The position numbers and the translations under genes were made by a program. Positions 60,407-64,000 of a stretch of 64,000 nucleotides of DNA are shown one piece after another (within the stretch, counting starts at the first letter, position 1; each line of letters starts with the position of its first letter). The notes below the pieces were generated by a model. It was not told the origin of the DNA, did no database searches, and saw only the letters and a list, made by a program, of their open reading frames with translations. Source of the DNA: an uncultured Verrucomicrobiae bacterium. Its GTDB lineage: Bacteria; Verrucomicrobiota; Verrucomicrobiia; Chthoniobacterales; JAFAMB01. Location: assembly GCA_963813025.1 (NCBI GenBank), contig CAWEXO010000011.1, positions 64,001-128,000 of the forward strand. The letters run 5' to 3'.

Positions 60407-61032
60407 ATGTCGTTCATCAATTTTGTTACCGGTGAGGTAGAGTTCAAAATCGTCTATTACGGCTGCGCCCTTGGCGGAAAGACAAGCAGCCTGGGTTACA
60501 TCCATGAACGGGTCGACGCGAATGACCGCGGCGACCTGCTGCTGTTGCCAACTCAGAACGATCGAACCTTGTTCTTTGATTTCTTACCGATTGATGGAGG
60601 TAGCGTTAAAGGCTTCAAGGTTCGCTTCAAGCTTTGGACCGTACCGGGTCAGGTGATGTACAATGCGACCCGTCAGTTGGTGCTGCGCGGTGCGGACGGG
60701 ATCGTTTTCGTCGCCGATCACAGTGGGAACGCATGGAAGCCAATATCGAAAGTTTGCGGAACCTGGAAGAGAATCTGGCTGAACTCAATTCCTCCGTCAG
60801 CCAGATCGCGTGGATCCTCTTTTACAACAAGAGAGATCTGCCGATGGAGACGATCGCCCCGGTCGAAGCTTTGGATCTGTTGCTCTTGACTGGGCGTCAA
60901 CGGGTTCCGCGATTTGCCGGCAGTTGCCTTGATGGTACCAACGTATTCAACGCGCTGAATGACGTGAGTCAGCGCGTCCTGCGCGAGTTTTTAGTCAAAG
61001 ACGATCTCGAAAATTACGAGGCTTACCGCTAA
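60407..61032 (+). CDS. mglA: MglA-family small GTPase, -1 frameshift near 60718
   Basis: KIVYYG..LGGKTS, DRTLFFDFLP, TVPGQV.YNATRQLVLRGADGIVFVAD; continues as SQWER..N..NKRDLP in the next frame. Confidence 0.85.
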
Positions 61033-61155
61033 CGAGGCGTACCTCAGACCGGCGAGATTTACTGGACGAAAGGGGAAGTACGATTCGTGAAAGAAAAAAA
61101 GTTGCTTAAAAAAGGTGATTCATTCACATCCTGCCAGTCGTTAAGGACTCTGGAC

Positions 61156-61533
61156 ATGATGCTCACCCCGAACTGGCGCACCGCGTGCACTTCCCGATCA
61201 GGCTTCACTCTCGTGGAGTTGCTGGTTGTTCTGTCCATTGTCGCGGCGATGGCAGGGTTAATCAGCTTTGCCGTCGGTCGAACACTCACAAAACAGGACG
61301 AAAAGATGTGTCTGAACAATATGACGATGATCGAAGCGGCCAAGGATGAGTATGCTCGCGATCATGTCGGGCAGCCGATCGACCCGGTGGAGTTCGCGCG
61401 TTACTTCAAATTCTCCATCCCGCGGTGCCCCGACAATCCGCAGGAAGACTACGAAAACCTCTACAATCTCAACGCGCCGGTCGCCTGCCGAGTCCATCAG
61501 AACAATAGTGCGCTGCTCAATTCTGGAAAGTGA
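61156..61533 (+). CDS. Type IV pilin-like protein
   Basis: G|FTLVELLVVLSIV prepilin motif; cysteines in a small globular head. Confidence 0.88.
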   Translation: MMLTPNWRTACTSRSGFTLVELLVVLSIVAAMAGLISFAVGRTLTKQDEKMCLNNMTMIEAAKDEYARDHVGQPIDPVEFARYFKFSIPRCPDNPQEDYENLYNLNAPVACRVHQNNSALLNSGK

Positions 61534-62588
61534 CTCCTCCACCGCACGCGACCAGGCAAGCGATCGAAGACAAACTTCGCTCCATTGTCAGCTTTGTCCG
61601 GCATCATCCGGTCAGTGATGTCTCCTTATTCGACACCCACATCATGGCCCGTGACGACGGGCAAGTGATCCGCCTCTCCGAAGAGGGCGCTCTGTCCAGC
61701 ACAGAGATTCAGGAGCTGATCGCTTACCTGCTAGCGCGCAACCCGTGCTCGCCGCCCAAGAGTTCTTTGTCGGCTCAGGACTTCACGCTGGAGCTTTTTG
61801 GGAAACGGTTTCGGATAAATATCGCCCGAGCGCAAGGCTCGCCTTTTGCCTCTCTGCGACCTTTACCCGATGCTCCCCCGGCCGGCTCTGAGCTTGGTTT
61901 GCCGACCAAGCTGCTGCAGCATGTTTCGGCTTTGCGGGACGGCCTGGTTCTGGTCACCGGTCCGACCGGGTCAGGGAAGACCTCGACCATTGCGGCCTTC
62001 GTCGAAGCAATCAACGAAACAAGGCCAGTCAAAATTATTACCATTGAGGATCCGATCGAGTTTCAATTCACCGGCCGGAGGGCGGAGATCATTCAACGGG
62101 AAGTTGGCCGTGATACTGCTTCTTACGATGTTGCGACGCGGGAAAGCCTGCGCCAGAATCCAGATGTTATTGTGATCGGAGAGATCCGGGATCGGGATAC
62201 CGCGCTGTCCGCTCTGCAAGCCGCGGAAACGGGTCACCTAGTGATCGGCAGTCTTCACGCCACGAGCGTCGTAGAAACCATCTCCCGCTATCTTTTGCTT
62301 GGTCCAGCCGAGCGAATGAACGAGACGCGCTATATCCTGGCCCGCACGTTGCGGGTCTTGATTAACCAACGGCTTCTCAGGAAACGCGCCGGCGGTCGTC
62401 TCGCCGTGCGCGAGATCTGTTTACAGATCCCGAAAGTAGAAGCGGTGATTTTGAAAGGCGATGAACAGGAGTTGATAAGCCATATGTTGGCTGGACGCGA
62501 TATTGGTATGATCGATTTTCAGAGCGCCCTCAAAGGAGTCCAACACCTGGTTGATCCGGCAGAATACCAGTTTTATCTGAGCCGTTAG
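61530..62588 (+). CDS. PilT/PilU-family secretion ATPase (divergent)
   Basis: GPTGSGKT, TIEDPIE, LRQNPDVIVIGEIRD, AETGHLV..LH. Confidence 0.88.
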   Translation: MTPPPHATRQAIEDKLRSIVSFVRHHPVSDVSLFDTHIMARDDGQVIRLSEEGALSSTEIQELIAYLLARNPCSPPKSSLSAQDFTLELFGKRFRINIARAQGSPFASLRPLPDAPPAGSELGLPTKLLQHVSALRDGLVLVTGPTGSGKTSTIAAFVEAINETRPVKIITIEDPIEFQFTGRRAEIIQREVGRDTASYDVATRESLRQNPDVIVIGEIRDRDTALSALQAAETGHLVIGSLHATSVVETISRYLLLGPAERMNETRYILARTLRVLINQRLLRKRAGGRLAVREICLQIPKVEAVILKGDEQELISHMLAGRDIGMIDFQSALKGVQHLVDPAEYQFYLSR

Positions 62589-62596
62589 TGCGTCGC

Positions 62597-64000
62597 TCAA
62601 AAATCCGGGGGATTTTTGAGCGACGCAGGCTTCCGACGTAAAACGCTTCCGATTTGGTCAAGGGGGAGACAGTTAACGACATCGTCGCGCGTCAACCAGC
62701 CTTTCCGTGCGATCTGTACGCCGAACCAAAGATCGTGCAGCCGCCCCGTTGAATGGGCGTCCGGATTGATTGCGCACTTCACTCCCTCCTTCTTGGCGAG
62801 CGGCCAATACCGCCAGTCCAACTCCAGACGCCGCGGATTGGCGTTGAGTTCGATCAAGGTCCCGGTTCGGGCGGCGGCCTTAATAACCGCCGGGATATCC
62901 AGCGCATACGGTTCGCGAGAGAGCAGCATCCGCCCGGTCAGATGTCCCAACATTGTGACAAAAGGGCTTTCTATCGCGCGAATCACTCGCTCTGTCATTT
63001 CCTTCTCGGAAAGGGTGAAAGCGGCATGGACGCTAGCGACTACGTAATCCAGCTGCGCCAGGACTTCGTCGGAAAAATCGAGGCTTCCATCGCGGAGGAT
63101 GTCGCATTCCACTCCGGCAAAGATCCGGAATTCATCCCCGTAGCGCCGGTTCATTTCCCTGATCCGGCTGACTTGGTCCAGCAGCCGTTTTTCATCAAGT
63201 CCGTATGCTTGAACCGAGCTCTTGCTGTGATCGGCTATGCCCAGATAACTCAGGCCCAGTTCCCAGGCCGCATCCGCCATTTCGATCAGTGAATTGCGGC
63301 CGTCGGATTCAGTCGTGTGACAATGAAATGTCCCCCGCAAGTTCGACCACTCAATCAGCTTGGGAAGGCCGCCTGACTCAGCCGCTTCGATCTCACCGCT
63401 GTATTCCCGGATCTCGGGCGGGATAAATGCGAGGCCAAGCGCCTGATAGAGTTCCGCCTCGGTGTTGATCGCTGGGATTTCTTTAACCGCGCGTTTTGTG
63501 TTGGGATCCGGGCCGAGCCGGTATTCATTCAGGGTCCAGCCGTTAAGCAGGGCTCGTCCGCGGAGCGCGACATTGTGCTCTTTGCTGCCGGTGAAATATC
63601 CAAGAGCAAAAGGAAACTGCTGATTGCTCACTACGCGCAAATCCGCCTGTATACCAGAGCGCAGCAGCACGCTCACTTTGGTATCTCCTTGGGCGAGAAC
63701 TCGATCGATTGCAGGGTAGGCCACGAAATGGGCCAGGACATTTCCCGGCGCTCTCGTTGCTACGAGAAAGTCGAGGTCGCCAACGATCTCTTTGCTCCGG
63801 CGCAAACTGCCGGCCACGCTAATTTGCAAGACATCCGGATGATCGCGAAAATGTTCGAGGAGTTGGTCTGACCAGTCGACCGCATCCGAGAGCAGAAACC
63901 GGCCAGCGTGCTGCCGGCGCCGCTCAATCGAGCGGAGCAGGTTATCTGCGGTCTTCTCTCCAAACCCGGGCAACCCGGCAACTCGCCCGTCCCTGCAGGC
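62597..64000 (-). CDS. polX: DNA polymerase X - PHP domain protein (5' end outside the window)
   Basis: GSLRR..GDLD, FTGSKEHN, HCHTTESDG, DHS, INPDAH. Confidence 0.92.
   Translation of the reverse strand, partial: ACRDGRVAGLPGFGEKTADNLLRSIERRRQHAGRFLLSDAVDWSDQLLEHFRDHPDVLQISVAGSLRRSKEIVGDLDFLVATRAPGNVLAHFVAYPAIDRVLAQGDTKVSVLLRSGIQADLRVVSNQQFPFALGYFTGSKEHNVALRGRALLNGWTLNEYRLGPDPNTKRAVKEIPAINTEAELYQALGLAFIPPEIREYSGEIEAAESGGLPKLIEWSNLRGTFHCHTTESDGRNSLIEMADAAWELGLSYLGIADHSKSSVQAYGLDEKRLLDQVSRIREMNRRYGDEFRIFAGVECDILRDGSLDFSDEVLAQLDYVVASVHAAFTLSEKEMTERVIRAIESPFVTMLGHLTGRMLLSREPYALDIPAVIKAAARTGTLIELNANPRRLELDWRYWPLAKKEGVKCAINPDAHSTGRLHDLWFGVQIARKGWLTRDDVVNCLPLDQIGSVLRRKPASLKNPPDF

Noticed and set aside
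45731..61032. Programmed frameshifting or phase variation in the TPR, outer-membrane and mglA genes
   Set aside because: Single-base indels, some in short runs, with no slippery heptamer or long tract; several in one window point to sequencing error. Raw reads are needed.

Overview
Bacterial chromosomal window, roughly 58% GC by eye. Gene content and order (murC-murB fusion, LysM gene between murD and ftsW, PATR autotransporters) suggest Verrucomicrobiota, Chthoniobacterales-like; this is an inference. The core part holds the minus-strand dcw cluster (mraZ to ftsZ, no intact ddl), prpB, comM, a sigma-70 factor, hpt, bioA, comF, accD-folC and polX. The best signal is two near-identical IS110 elements (12280-13977, 18846-20530), both inserted at the same base of a host GTAG-type palindromic repeat (GGTAGGGC^GAAAATT). 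Their ~380-bp upstream non-coding end folds into two guide-bearing loops that match the target and the element's own circle junction, i.e. a readable bridge-RNA recombinase system aimed at the repeat family, with a junction promoter and an unusual leader hairpin carrying half of the target. A second candidate system (51.6-55.8 kb) is a Rep_3-like initiator flanked by two divergent paralogues of an unknown family, next to a VirD4-like ATPase, with no relaxase or integrase visible. A DUF4388-FGE / MglA / pilin / PilT-like operon follows. Several single-base frameshifts may be sequencing errors.
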